DNA of 64,000 nt from an uncultured Chloroflexia bacterium (GCA_963713975.1 OY970218.1:2560001-2624000), one strand, 5' to 3'. Counted from the stretch's first letter, positions 38,930 to 48,662 are shown. Numbers and translations: made by a program. The notes: a model not told the origin generated them from the sequence alone.

Positions 38930-39574
38930 ATGTCCATCGCCACGATCACGATCCGGATCCTGCGGCGCACGATCGATGTGGCCCTGCTGCTTCTGATCGT
39001 GCTCGTGCTCGGAACCCTCGCCATCTCGAAGGTCGTGCCCTCCGTCACCGGCGGCACGACCTTCGTCGTCCAGGGCGGATCGATGCAGCCCGCGATCCCA
39101 TACGGATCCGCCGTGATCGTGACCCCGGTGGGCCCGGGCGAGCTCCGGTCGGGCGACGTCGTCAGCCTCCGGGTGGGCGAGCGGCGGCTGGTGTTCACGC
39201 ACCGCATCATCCGGCTCGTTCCCCGCGACGACGGCCTGTGGCTCGAGACCCGGGGGGACGCCAACACCGACCCCGACCCGGCGCTCGTGCCGGCATCCGC
39301 GGTGATCGGCAGGCTCGCTGCCACGATCCCCGTTGCCGGCTACGCCGTTGCCCTGCTCGGATCCGTTTCAGGGATTGCTTTCGTCGTGGCGCTCGCATGC
39401 GCCCTGCTGATGGGCGGTGGCCTCCTCGGCGGGCTTGACGCGGAGCGGCGCGCGGAACGCCTCCGCCCGGTTCCCAGCCCGGTCCCCGGCCGGCAGGCGG
39501 GAGTCCACCGGCTTCCCCGGGATCGTCGGAGCCGGCGACCCGTTGTCCCTCCGCCCGTCGTCCGGGAGGTCTGA
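38930..39574 (+). CDS. sipW: Signal peptidase I, SipW/ER type (S26B)
   Basis: N-terminal TM, GGSMQPAI, GDVVS, FTHRII, TRGDAN.D, C-terminal TM. Confidence 0.88.
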   Translation: MSIATITIRILRRTIDVALLLLIVLVLGTLAISKVVPSVTGGTTFVVQGGSMQPAIPYGSAVIVTPVGPGELRSGDVVSLRVGERRLVFTHRIIRLVPRDDGLWLETRGDANTDPDPALVPASAVIGRLAATIPVAGYAVALLGSVSGIAFVVALACALLMGGGLLGGLDAERRAERLRPVPSPVPGRQAGVHRLPRDRRSRRPVVPPPVVREV

Positions 39575-39633
39575 CCACACGGGGGTGGCGCTGCGCCGGC
39601 CGGCCGCACGCACGTAACGACCGCCCGCCGCGC

Positions 39634-41007
39634 ATGCGAGGTGCGATCATCCCGGCTGCGGAGCCAGCGAGTCGACTCGACGAGGTGCTGAAGGTGGGCG
39701 ACGGCCGGACGATCGTGTTCTTTCCCGAGGGCGCCTACGGACCGACCAACAACTGCGCCGGCATCGGCAGCGTGCTGCGGGAGCGCGGCCACCGGGTCGT
39801 GTTCATCGTGGAGGAGTCCTTCGCGGGCAGCCTGGAGGCGAAGGGCTTCGAGGAGCGCCTGATGCGCCTGGGTCCGCCACCCGCGGAACCCGAGGTCCCG
39901 GGCCAGTTCTGGATCGACTTCATCCGGGACACGGCGCCTGTCTTCCGCAAGCCCACGATCGAGCAGCTGGGCGAGTTCATCGCCCCCACCTTCCAGGCCC
40001 TCATCGACGGCGCGAAGCACGTCCACCCGCGCCTCCTGGAGATCATCGACGAGCTCCGGCCGGACGCGATCGTGGAGGACAACGTCGTCAGCTTCCCCGC
40101 GATCATGGCGAGCGGCCGTCCGTGGATCCGGCTCCTGTCGTGCAACCCCGCCGAGATCAAGGACCCGCTGGTGGCCCCGTTCTCGTCCGGCTATCCAGTC
40201 GCGGACAGGGCTGGCTGGCCGGCCTTCCTCGAGGAGGTCGGGCGGACGCATCGCGAGCTCTGGGCCGACTTCGACGCCTTCTGCCGGGACACTGGTGCCG
40301 GCGGCCTGGCGTGGGGCGCGAATGGCCCCGACTTCATGCACGAGTCGCCGTACCTCAACCTGTACTCGTACCCGGAGGAGGTCGACTACGCGCGAGCGGC
40401 GGCGCTGGGGCTCACCTGGCATCAACTGGACTCCACGGTTCGTGCGGCGGACGCGGGGTGGGAGCTGCCGGAGGCCCTGGCGAACCGGAAGGGAGCCCTG
40501 ACCTACCTCTCCCTGGGCAGCCTGGGATCCGCCGACGTGGGCCTGATGCAGCGGCTGGTGGACGTCCTCGGCCGGACGGAGCATCGCGTGATCGTGTCCA
40601 AGGGCCCGCTCGCGGACGAGATCACGCTCCGCGACAACATGGCCGGCGAGGGCTTCCTGCCGCAGCCCGCGATCCTGCCCCTGGTGGACCTGGTGATCAC
40701 GCACGGCGGCAACAACACCGTGGTCGAGTCCTTCCACCATGGGAAGCCGATGGTGGTGCTGCCCCTGTTCTGGGACCAGGTCGATAACGCCCAGCGCGTG
40801 GACGAGACGGGATACGGCCGACGCCTGGCCACCTATGACTTCGCCGACGAGGAGCTGACCGGGGCGATCGATGCGCTGCTGGCCGACACCGGGCTGCGCG
40901 GGCGCATGGCTGCCATCTCGGCGCGCATGAAGGCTGCCGACGGGACCAGGAAGGCGGCCGACCTCATCGAGCGTGTCGCGATCACGGGAGCGCCCGTCAC
41001 GCGGTAG
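39634..41007 (+). CDS. GT1-family (MGT/UGT-like) glycosyltransferase
   Basis: RERGHRV, YLSLGSLGS, LPQPAIL, ITHGGNNTVVES, PLFWDQVDNA; start uncertain (GTG at 39684 or 39693 possible). Confidence 0.9.
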   Translation: MRGAIIPAAEPASRLDEVLKVGDGRTIVFFPEGAYGPTNNCAGIGSVLRERGHRVVFIVEESFAGSLEAKGFEERLMRLGPPPAEPEVPGQFWIDFIRDTAPVFRKPTIEQLGEFIAPTFQALIDGAKHVHPRLLEIIDELRPDAIVEDNVVSFPAIMASGRPWIRLLSCNPAEIKDPLVAPFSSGYPVADRAGWPAFLEEVGRTHRELWADFDAFCRDTGAGGLAWGANGPDFMHESPYLNLYSYPEEVDYARAAALGLTWHQLDSTVRAADAGWELPEALANRKGALTYLSLGSLGSADVGLMQRLVDVLGRTEHRVIVSKGPLADEITLRDNMAGEGFLPQPAILPLVDLVITHGGNNTVVESFHHGKPMVVLPLFWDQVDNAQRVDETGYGRRLATYDFADEELTGAIDALLADTGLRGRMAAISARMKAADGTRKAADLIERVAITGAPVTR

Positions 41008-41146
41008 CGGGCCGTCGCACGGGACGGTCCTCGCTGGAACACGCGCGGAGACTGGAGCACAATCGGCGCACGCACCCTCGTCCGCGGCCAGAGCGCCGGC
41101 CAGAGCGCCGGCCCGAAACGCCAGCTTGCGCCCCTTGGAGGCCCTC

Positions 41147-42601
41147 GTGACCGAGACCCTGAACTCCGTCAAGTCCTACCAGCAGCTCATCGGCGGCCAG
41201 TGGGTGGACGCCGCTTCCGGCGAGACGCTGGCCGTCGAGAACCCGGCGTCGGGGGTCCAGGTCGCCACCGTGCCCGCCTCCGGCCAGGAGGACGTGGATC
41301 GTGCCGTGGATGCGGCGGCGGACGCCTTCGAGACCTGGTCGCTGACCACACCCCAGACCCGCAGCCTCGCGCTGCTCAAGATCGCGGACATCCTCGATGC
41401 CAACGCCGACGAGCTCGGCCGCCTCGAGTCCCGCCAGACCGGCAAGCCCACCGTGGCTGCCATCGACGAGATGGCCGTTTCGAGCGACCTGTTCCGGTTC
41501 TTCGCCGGCGCCTGCCGGGTCATGGATGGCCTCGCGGTCACCGAGTACCTCGAGGGCCACACCTCGATGGTTCGTCGGGACCCGGTCGGCGTGGTGGCGA
41601 GCATCGCGCCCTGGAACTACCCGCTCTACATGGCGGCCTGGAAGCTCGGCCCGGCCCTGGCGACCGGCAACACCGTCGTCCTCAAGCCCGCGGCGCGCAC
41701 GCCGCTGTCCGCCTTGCGGTTCGCCGAGCTGGTCGCGGATGCGCTGCCGGCCGGCGTGCTCAACGTGCTGACGGGCTCGGGTGGTGAGATGGGCGACCTG
41801 CTCGTCGGGCACCCCAAGGTCCGGATGGTGTCCATCACGGGCGACACCTCGACCGGCAAGCACATCGCGACCGTCGCGGCGGGCACCGTCAAGCGGCTCC
41901 ACCTGGAGCTGGGCGGCAAGGCGCCGGTCATCGTGTTCGACGACGCCGACGTGGACCTCGCGGCCGAGATCCTCAAGTCCGCGGGCTACTGGAATGCCGG
42001 TCAGGACTGCACCGCCGCGTGCCGCGTGATCGCCGGTCCGGCGGTATACGACAAGCTCCTGGCCGCCCTCTCGGACCAGGTCCGGACGATCAAGTGGGGC
42101 AACCCTGCCGATGCCGACGACCTGGACATGGGCTCCCTGATCGCGCAGGCCCAGGCCGACAAGGTGGAGGGCATGGTCAACCGGGCGCTCGAGGCCAAGG
42201 CGGAGCTGGTGCTCGGCGGTCACCGGCCCGACCGTCCCGGCGCCTACTTCGAGCCGACCATCCTCGCCAACCCCGACCAGCACAGCGAGATCGTCCAGGA
42301 CGAGGTCTTCGGCCCGGTCGTCACGGTCCAGCGCTTCGCAGACGAGGAGCAGGCCGTGCAGTGGGCGAACGACGTCAAGTTCGGCCTCTCGTCCTCGCTG
42401 TTCACGGGCTCCATCGGCAAGGCGATGCGCGTCGCCCGGCGGCTCCAGTTCGGGACAGTCTGGATCAACGAGCATTTCACCCTCGCCAGCGAGACCCCGC
42501 ACGGCGGCGTCAAGGAGTCGGGCTACGGCAAGGACGGGAGCAAGTACGCGCTCGAGGACTACACGACGGTGAAGCACATCACGATCAACACGGGCGTCTG
42601 A
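41147..42601 (+). CDS. Aldehyde dehydrogenase, aminobutyraldehyde (PatD/YdcW)-like
   Basis: GGAGG then GTG; IAPWNYPL, LELGGKAP, NAGQDCTAA, EVFGPV, PHGGVKESGYGKD. Confidence 0.92.
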   Translation: MTETLNSVKSYQQLIGGQWVDAASGETLAVENPASGVQVATVPASGQEDVDRAVDAAADAFETWSLTTPQTRSLALLKIADILDANADELGRLESRQTGKPTVAAIDEMAVSSDLFRFFAGACRVMDGLAVTEYLEGHTSMVRRDPVGVVASIAPWNYPLYMAAWKLGPALATGNTVVLKPAARTPLSALRFAELVADALPAGVLNVLTGSGGEMGDLLVGHPKVRMVSITGDTSTGKHIATVAAGTVKRLHLELGGKAPVIVFDDADVDLAAEILKSAGYWNAGQDCTAACRVIAGPAVYDKLLAALSDQVRTIKWGNPADADDLDMGSLIAQAQADKVEGMVNRALEAKAELVLGGHRPDRPGAYFEPTILANPDQHSEIVQDEVFGPVVTVQRFADEEQAVQWANDVKFGLSSSLFTGSIGKAMRVARRLQFGTVWINEHFTLASETPHGGVKESGYGKDGSKYALEDYTTVKHITINTGV

Positions 42602-44112
42602 AGCTGATCGATCGCGCGTCTGTCTCGGCGGCGGTCGGCGCCCTCGACCTCGAGGATCTTGCCGCCCGGCGGTGGTACGCCGCCAAGGGCACGGTGCCCA
42701 TCTCGGCGCGCCTGGCGCACGCGTTCCTGCTCGCCCCCGACGCGGCCCTGGCCCTCGTGGACCTGGCGGTGGGGGAGGCGGGCGATGGGAACGCCCGGCG
42801 CGACCGGTACGCGATCCCATTCGTGGTCCGCCGCGGCTCCGTGCGCGAGGCGGTCGAAGGCGACGGTGCCTGGCGAGCCCTCGCCGTCGCCATCGCCGAG
42901 GGTCACACCATCGGGGCCCTCGAGCGTGTTGGCGAGACGGGAGCGCCCGATGCCGCCCTGGTCTGCCGTCCGGCTCCGGGATTCGGGCCGGCCTGGGCTG
43001 CGGACGCGGCAGGGGGCGAGTACGCGGCAGGGGGCGAGGAGGGGACGTTCGGGCCCCTTGCCGAGGCGGAGGAGACGGCCCTCGGTCGCGACCAGTCGAA
43101 CACGTCGGCAGTCATCGGCGGCCGCCTGCTGGTGAAGGCCTATCGACGGCTCCAGCCCGGGCTCAACCCGGACCTTGAGCTGACCGCCTACCTGTCGGAG
43201 GAGGTGGGCTTTCCCGGCGTACCGCGGCTCGCCGGTTGGGCCGAGGCGGTGACGCGCGACGGAGGCGTGGCCACCGTGGCCATGCTCCAGGCCTTCGTCC
43301 GGGATGCCGACGACCTCTACGAGCAGACCGCCGAGCAGCTGGCGGAGCTCGTGGCGGCTCCGGGCGCCGTGTCCCTGGAATGGGCGACCGAGGTTGCGGC
43401 TGATCTCGGGATCCTCGTTGCCGGGCTGCACGCCGCCCTGGCCACGCCACCCGCGGAGGCGCCGGACCTCGCTCCCCGGGACGCCACCCACGACGAGCTC
43501 AAGGCCTGGCGGCACGACGCCCACCGCCAGCTCAACCTTGCGATCTCGGCCGTGACGGCCGTGGATCCGGTCGCCGGTGCAGAGCTCCGGGACGAGGCCG
43601 CCGCGATCGCCTCCCGCTTCTCCCGGTTCGAGGCCGTGGCGACCACCCCACGGCTGATGAGGATCCACGCGGACCTGCACCTGGGCCAGATCCTGGTGGC
43701 GGACGATGGCTATCGCGTCATCGACTTCGAGGGCGAGCCGCTGCGCCCGATCGATGAGCGCCGGCGCCCGGACTCCCCGCTGCGGGACGTGGCGTCCCTG
43801 CTGCGCTCGCTGGACCACGTGGCGCGCAGCGCACGACGGAGGGCCGAACGGCGCGCGGGCGGTCCGATCGAGGAGCCCGGGCTGGACGTCGAGGCATGGA
43901 TCGAGCGGGCCCGGGCCCGCTTCCTCGAGGCGTACGCGGATGGCCTGCGGCGCGCCGGTGCACCGATCGCGCTGGACCTGGACCTGCTCGACGCGTTCGA
44001 GGTGGCCAAGGAGGCCTACGAGTTCGTGTACGCGGCCACGGTGCTCCCGTCATGGCTCTGGGCCGCGAGGGAGGGGATGCGCTGGCTGCTGGCGCACGGC
44101 GAGCCAGGCTGA
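42598..44112 (+). CDS. Maltokinase (Mak/Pep2)-like phosphotransferase
   Basis: RRWYAAKG, DQSNTS, KAYRRLQPGLNPDLE, RIHADLHLGQ, IDFEGEP, SPLRDVA; no nearby ATG/GTG precedes the N-terminal motif, so the start is uncertain. Confidence 0.8.
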   Translation: MKLIDRASVSAAVGALDLEDLAARRWYAAKGTVPISARLAHAFLLAPDAALALVDLAVGEAGDGNARRDRYAIPFVVRRGSVREAVEGDGAWRALAVAIAEGHTIGALERVGETGAPDAALVCRPAPGFGPAWAADAAGGEYAAGGEEGTFGPLAEAEETALGRDQSNTSAVIGGRLLVKAYRRLQPGLNPDLELTAYLSEEVGFPGVPRLAGWAEAVTRDGGVATVAMLQAFVRDADDLYEQTAEQLAELVAAPGAVSLEWATEVAADLGILVAGLHAALATPPAEAPDLAPRDATHDELKAWRHDAHRQLNLAISAVTAVDPVAGAELRDEAAAIASRFSRFEAVATTPRLMRIHADLHLGQILVADDGYRVIDFEGEPLRPIDERRRPDSPLRDVASLLRSLDHVARSARRRAERRAGGPIEEPGLDVEAWIERARARFLEAYADGLRRAGAPIALDLDLLDAFEVAKEAYEFVYAATVLPSWLWAAREGMRWLLAHGEPG

Positions 44113-44154
44113 CGCCGGGCGGGGCCGCCGCGTCCGGCAGGGGCCCGCGTCGGG

Positions 44155-46140
44155 CTACGCGATACCGAGCAGCCTCGCCAGGACCACGCCCACGCCCAGA
44201 GCCAGGACCAGGGACCCGATCGCGATCCCGGCGGCAGCCCGGGTTCCGAGCTCGCCACGGAGCGCCGCCAGTGTGGCAAGGCAGGGGATGGAGATGCTGG
44301 AGACGACCGCAAACACGAACAGCTGCTGCGGCGTCATCAGGTCGCCCAGCGCAGCCTGGTGGCCGAGCTGGACCGCGGCGAACACGAGCAGCAGCTGGAG
44401 CGCGAGCTCCTTGCGCAGGAACGCGAACATGAGCGCGACGCCGGCGATGGCCGGCAGGCCGAGGGATGCCTCGAAGGCAGGACCGATCATGACGGCCACG
44501 TCCTGCCACAGCCCGGTCTCGTAGATGACGCCCAGGACGAGCGACCCGACGAGCATGATCGGGGTTGCGGTCAGCACGAACGCCCGAAAGCGCCACCAGG
44601 CCTTGCGCCCGACGTGCGAGAGGATGGGTGCCCGCAGCGGGGCCAGCTCCAGCACGAGCGACGGCTGGCGCCCCGGGATCATGGCATTCGCGCCGAGGCC
44701 GGCGGCGACGGTGGCGACGCCGATCAGGACGAAGGCCCCGATGGCAGCCGGGATCCCCGCGAACGGCGCGAGGGCCGCGATCACGACCGCGGACCTCGCC
44801 GAGCAGGGGGTCAAGGTGACCAGGAAGGATGCGAGGACGCGTTCCCGGCGCGTGCGCAGGACGCGAGTGCCATAGATGGCCGGGACGTTGCATCCGGCCG
44901 CCGCCAGCAGCGGGATCGCCGTTCGGCCGGGGAGGCCCAGCGCGCCGAACACCCGGTCCATGAGCACGGCGGCGCTGGTCAGGTAGCCGGAATCCTCGAG
45001 TGCCGCCAGCAGCAGGTAGAACGTGAGCACGTACGGGATGCCCACGGCCAGCATCCCGAGGATGCCTCCGTCGAGTGCCCAGAGCGCGGAGTTCGCCACG
45101 ACGGGAACCGGGATGATCGCCGGAACCGCAGTGGCCAGGAAGGGCGACACCACGCCCGCCCACATGGTGCCCAGGGCCGCCGCCAGCCAACCCCCCACGA
45201 GGATGACGGTGGCGAACATGGCGAGGCTGATCGCGATGAACGCCGGGATCCCGGGCCACGGGGTCGTCGCCCACCGGGCGAGCCGGTCGACCACGGGCTC
45301 CGTGACGTCGTGTCGCCGTTCCACCCGCCCTGCCCAGCGCGTCGAGACGGCCCAGCGGACGGGCTCGAGGGTGGATGCCAGCCGGATGGACGCTCCGCCC
45401 CGGGGCGAGACGAGCCCGGCGAGCACCCCGACGTGGAGGGGATCGAGGGCTGCGGCTGCGCCCAGCGAGCGGGGCTCCGCGGCGAGGAGGGCGGCCTCCC
45501 GCGCCAGCCGTTGCTCCAGGGAGAAGTCATACAGGGGTGCGGGAATGGTCGCCCTGGACGATGCTCCGCCGGTCCGGAACTCGCGACGGACGGCCGCCAG
45601 GCGGACGGCATCGGCGAGGGCGGCGTCCACGCCTTCACCGGTTCGCCCACACGTCGCGTGCGCCGGGGCATTCAACAGCTGGCCCAGGCGTCCGGCGTCC
45701 ACGGTGATGCCGCGGCGTGCAGCCTCGTCGGTGAGGTTTGCCGCCAGCACCACCGGCAGGCCGAGGTCCCGGCAGGCCAGCGCGAGCGGCAGGTGTCGAG
45801 GGAGGTTCCCCGCATCGGCCACGATCAGGATCGCGTCGGGGGCGGCCTCGAACAGGAGGGTCCAGAACGGCTCGTCGCCAGCCGGCGCATCATCCATGGC
45901 GCGAGTCCCGGGCAGGTCCACCAGCCACGCCTTCCGGTTGCCGGCCGTGACCAGGCGGCGTTCAAGGGTGACAGTGGTCCCGGGCGCGTTCGCAGTCTCG
46001 ACGAAGCGGCGGCTCGCACGGGCGAGGAACGTGGACTTGCCGACGTTGGGCCGGCCGACCAGGGCCACGACGGGCAGCCGGCCCGCATCGGCATCAGGCT
46101 GGACGCCAAGGGTCACCGGATGGACTGCCACAGTGGCCAT
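44155..46140 (-). CDS. feoB: Ferrous iron transporter B
   Basis: GRPNVGKST, NAPGTTV, DLPG, LEDSGY, GCNVPA, PCSAR, LELAP, RKE, IPCLAT. Confidence 0.95.
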   Translation of the reverse strand: MATVAVHPVTLGVQPDADAGRLPVVALVGRPNVGKSTFLARASRRFVETANAPGTTVTLERRLVTAGNRKAWLVDLPGTRAMDDAPAGDEPFWTLLFEAAPDAILIVADAGNLPRHLPLALACRDLGLPVVLAANLTDEAARRGITVDAGRLGQLLNAPAHATCGRTGEGVDAALADAVRLAAVRREFRTGGASSRATIPAPLYDFSLEQRLAREAALLAAEPRSLGAAAALDPLHVGVLAGLVSPRGGASIRLASTLEPVRWAVSTRWAGRVERRHDVTEPVVDRLARWATTPWPGIPAFIAISLAMFATVILVGGWLAAALGTMWAGVVSPFLATAVPAIIPVPVVANSALWALDGGILGMLAVGIPYVLTFYLLLAALEDSGYLTSAAVLMDRVFGALGLPGRTAIPLLAAAGCNVPAIYGTRVLRTRRERVLASFLVTLTPCSARSAVVIAALAPFAGIPAAIGAFVLIGVATVAAGLGANAMIPGRQPSLVLELAPLRAPILSHVGRKAWWRFRAFVLTATPIMLVGSLVLGVIYETGLWQDVAVMIGPAFEASLGLPAIAGVALMFAFLRKELALQLLLVFAAVQLGHQAALGDLMTPQQLFVFAVVSSISIPCLATLAALRGELGTRAAAGIAIGSLVLALGVGVVLARLLGIA

Positions 46141-46412
46141 CACGCCGTCTCCGTCCCGCCGGGGAAGGGGAGGGTCCCGACCTGGGCGGCCGTAGCGGCC
46201 GACAAGGCGAGGCGCACACGTCCGAGCTCCACGACGACCGGGCCGCCGAAGGGAGTCCGCGCCGTCACGACCACGACGCTGCCGGGGAGGATTCCCTCCC
46301 GCCCGAGATTCTCGCGATCCGGTCCCTCGACGGATGCGACCACGCGGCGCCAGCCCACGGCGACTAGGGAGAGCGGGATGGACGTGGTGGCAGGGCGGGA
46401 CGACTGGCTCAT
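46140..46412 (-). CDS. feoA: FeoA family protein
   Basis: LGREGILPGSVV, PFGGPVVV, RLALS; TGATG coupling to feoB. Confidence 0.9.
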   Translation of the reverse strand: MSQSSRPATTSIPLSLVAVGWRRVVASVEGPDRENLGREGILPGSVVVVTARTPFGGPVVVELGRVRLALSAATAAQVGTLPFPGGTETA

Positions 46413-46705
46413 GGGTGAGAGTCAGTCACATCAGGTAGGGTTGATGACAGGGACCAAGGGCACCTGAATCTGAGGACCCCATGGCCCGGTCGGCCCTCTT
46501 GGGCCGTGCGGCTCGTCCCATATTGGGGTGATCGGCGGGCGAAATACCAAGGTTCGGGCCCTCATGGCGGCGCCACGTCACAGCCCCAAACGGGCCGGAT
46601 GGAACACAACCGGGGCCGGACGGCCCTCCCGGGCCCTCACCGATCCACCCGTAGCATGGGGTCATATTCGAAGGGTTTGGGAGATTTGGGAGGTTTCGCG
46701 TCCCG

Positions 46706-47422
46706 ATGGCCATGCGGGCTGGCACCAAGGACCCGGATTGGGTCTCGCTGACCGAGGCTTGTCGCCTGCTCGGCGTCTCCCCGTCCTCCATCCGCCGTTG
46801 GGCCGACAGCGGCATGGTCCGGACCTTCGTCACCCCCGGCGGGCACCGCCGCTTCTCCCGCGCGGGCCTCGCGTCTCTCCTGCCCGATCGCCCCACCGGC
46901 CACCCGTCCCTCGCGGATCTTGGTGAGACGCCGGACCGGATGGCGCGCGGCTACCGTCGCGCTTCCGACGATGGGGCGGGCCGGATCCCCTGGGTCGCGG
47001 AGCTGGACGATACCCACCGCGCGCGCTTCCGGACCTATGGCCGCGCCATCGTGACCTCGCTCGTGGCCGCCCTGGACGCCGCGGACCCGCGGTTGAGGGC
47101 CGACCGCCTCCGCGAGGCGGACGATGCCTGCGCCGAGTACGGCCGCGTCGCCGGTCGCGAAGGCCTGGGCGTCTCGATGACGGCCGACCTGTTCCTGCGC
47201 TTCCGCCGCCCGTTCCTTGCGGAGCTTGGCTCGCTCGCCAGGCGCCGCGAGCTTGACGCGGCCGCTACAGCCTCGCTCATGGACGACGCCAACGGCGCTC
47301 TCGACGGCCTGCTGCTCGCCACCCTGCGAGGGTGGGAATCGGCGGGCCACGGCGTCGGCCGAGCCGCCCCGGCGCCAGAGTCCCCAGCGTCCCCAGCGTC
47401 CCATGCGTCCCCAGCGTCCTGA
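46706..47422 (+). CDS. Xis/BldC-type (MerR-like) HTH regulator with a helical C-terminal sensor-like domain
   Basis: WVSLTEACRLLGVSPSSIRRWADSG..TPGGHRRF; first gene of the hem operon; ends in 9-nt SPA repeats. Confidence 0.85.
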   Translation: MAMRAGTKDPDWVSLTEACRLLGVSPSSIRRWADSGMVRTFVTPGGHRRFSRAGLASLLPDRPTGHPSLADLGETPDRMARGYRRASDDGAGRIPWVAELDDTHRARFRTYGRAIVTSLVAALDAADPRLRADRLREADDACAEYGRVAGREGLGVSMTADLFLRFRRPFLAELGSLARRRELDAAATASLMDDANGALDGLLLATLRGWESAGHGVGRAAPAPESPASPASHASPAS

Positions 47423-47441
47423 CCGCCACCCGGAGCCCATC

Positions 47442-48659
47442 GTGACCGACCACCGTGCCAACCTCGGGCTGATCGCGCTCGTCACCCACGCCCGGTCCGT
47501 CCCCAGCGAGGATCGCGAGGCGTTCGGCGACGCCGCAGCAGCCATCGCCGGCGACCCGCGCACCATCCTGCTGCGAACGTGTCACAGGGTGGAGCTGTAT
47601 GGCGCCGACGACCCCACCGCGGGCCATCCACCGCTCGACCTGCCGGCGCTGCCGGCCGGCGGACGACGTCTCGAGGGGCTGGGCGTTGCCCGCCATGTCT
47701 TCTCGGTCGCTGCCGGCATGGACAGCGTGGTCGTGGGCGAGGACCAGATCCTCCACCAGCTCCGCGAGTGCCTCTCGGACCGTCACGTCCCAGGCGCCGC
47801 GCGATGCCCGGTGGATATCGGCTCCCGGGATCCGCGGGCGACCCGCCTGGACCCGGTCCTGGAACGGCTGTTCCAGGTCGCGCTGCACCTCGGTCGCGAG
47901 ACTCGATCCTGGCGCGAGGGACCCCCGCGCTCGCTGGCAGATGTCGCGCTTGACCGGGTTGTGCCGGTGACCGGTCCGCTCCTGGGCAAGCGCGTGCTCG
48001 TGGTAGGGGCCGGGCGCATGGCGCGTCTCAACGCCCTCGCGGCGGCCCGCCAGGGTGCCCGTGTCCTCGTGGCCAACCGCAGCAGCGACCGCGCGGCCGC
48101 CCTCGCCTACGACGCGAACGGCGAGCCCGCCGCCTTCGGACTTGAGGCTCCGCTCCCGGACGTCGATGCGGTGATCCTGGCGATCTCCGGACGCTGGCCC
48201 CTCTCCGACACGGCCCGTGCCGACCTGTTGAAGGGCGAGCAGCCCGTGGTGGACCTGAGCTCGCCCCCGGCGATCGATACGGACCTCCGGGCGGCCCTCG
48301 GGCCGCGCTTCACCTCTGTGGACGACCTTGCCCGCAGCCCCCAGGACGCACTCCGCAAGCGCCTGCGCACCCGGTTCGAACGCACGCTGGATGATGCCGA
48401 GCAGAGCCTGGTTGCCTGGATCCGCACCCGCGACAGCGTCCCGGCCATCCAGGCCCTCAGCGATCACGCGGAAGCCCGCCGCGCAGAGGAGCTGGACCGC
48501 CTTTTCCGGCGCCTGCAGCTCGAGGAGCATGAGCGGGAGCTTGTGGAGCAGATGAGTCACCGCCTGGTCGCGGGCCTCCTGCACGCCCCTCTGGTCACGC
48601 TCCGCGAGGACGGCACGGGCGACGCCGAGCGCGCCGCGCGCACCCTCTTCTCCCTCTAG
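47442..48659 (+). CDS. hemA: Glutamyl-tRNA reductase
   Basis: TCHRVELY, GMDSVVVGEDQILHQ, VVGAGRMA, VANRS, VDLSSP, LLHAP. Confidence 0.9.
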   Translation: MTDHRANLGLIALVTHARSVPSEDREAFGDAAAAIAGDPRTILLRTCHRVELYGADDPTAGHPPLDLPALPAGGRRLEGLGVARHVFSVAAGMDSVVVGEDQILHQLRECLSDRHVPGAARCPVDIGSRDPRATRLDPVLERLFQVALHLGRETRSWREGPPRSLADVALDRVVPVTGPLLGKRVLVVGAGRMARLNALAAARQGARVLVANRSSDRAAALAYDANGEPAAFGLEAPLPDVDAVILAISGRWPLSDTARADLLKGEQPVVDLSSPPAIDTDLRAALGPRFTSVDDLARSPQDALRKRLRTRFERTLDDAEQSLVAWIRTRDSVPAIQALSDHAEARRAEELDRLFRRLQLEEHERELVEQMSHRLVAGLLHAPLVTLREDGTGDAERAARTLFSL

Positions 48660-48662
48660 GCG

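Noticed and set aside
47380-47420. 9-bp tandem repeat GTCCCCAGC as a regulatory or phase-variation locus
   Set aside because: In-frame low-complexity SPA tail at the end of the regulator; unit changes would not shift the frame.
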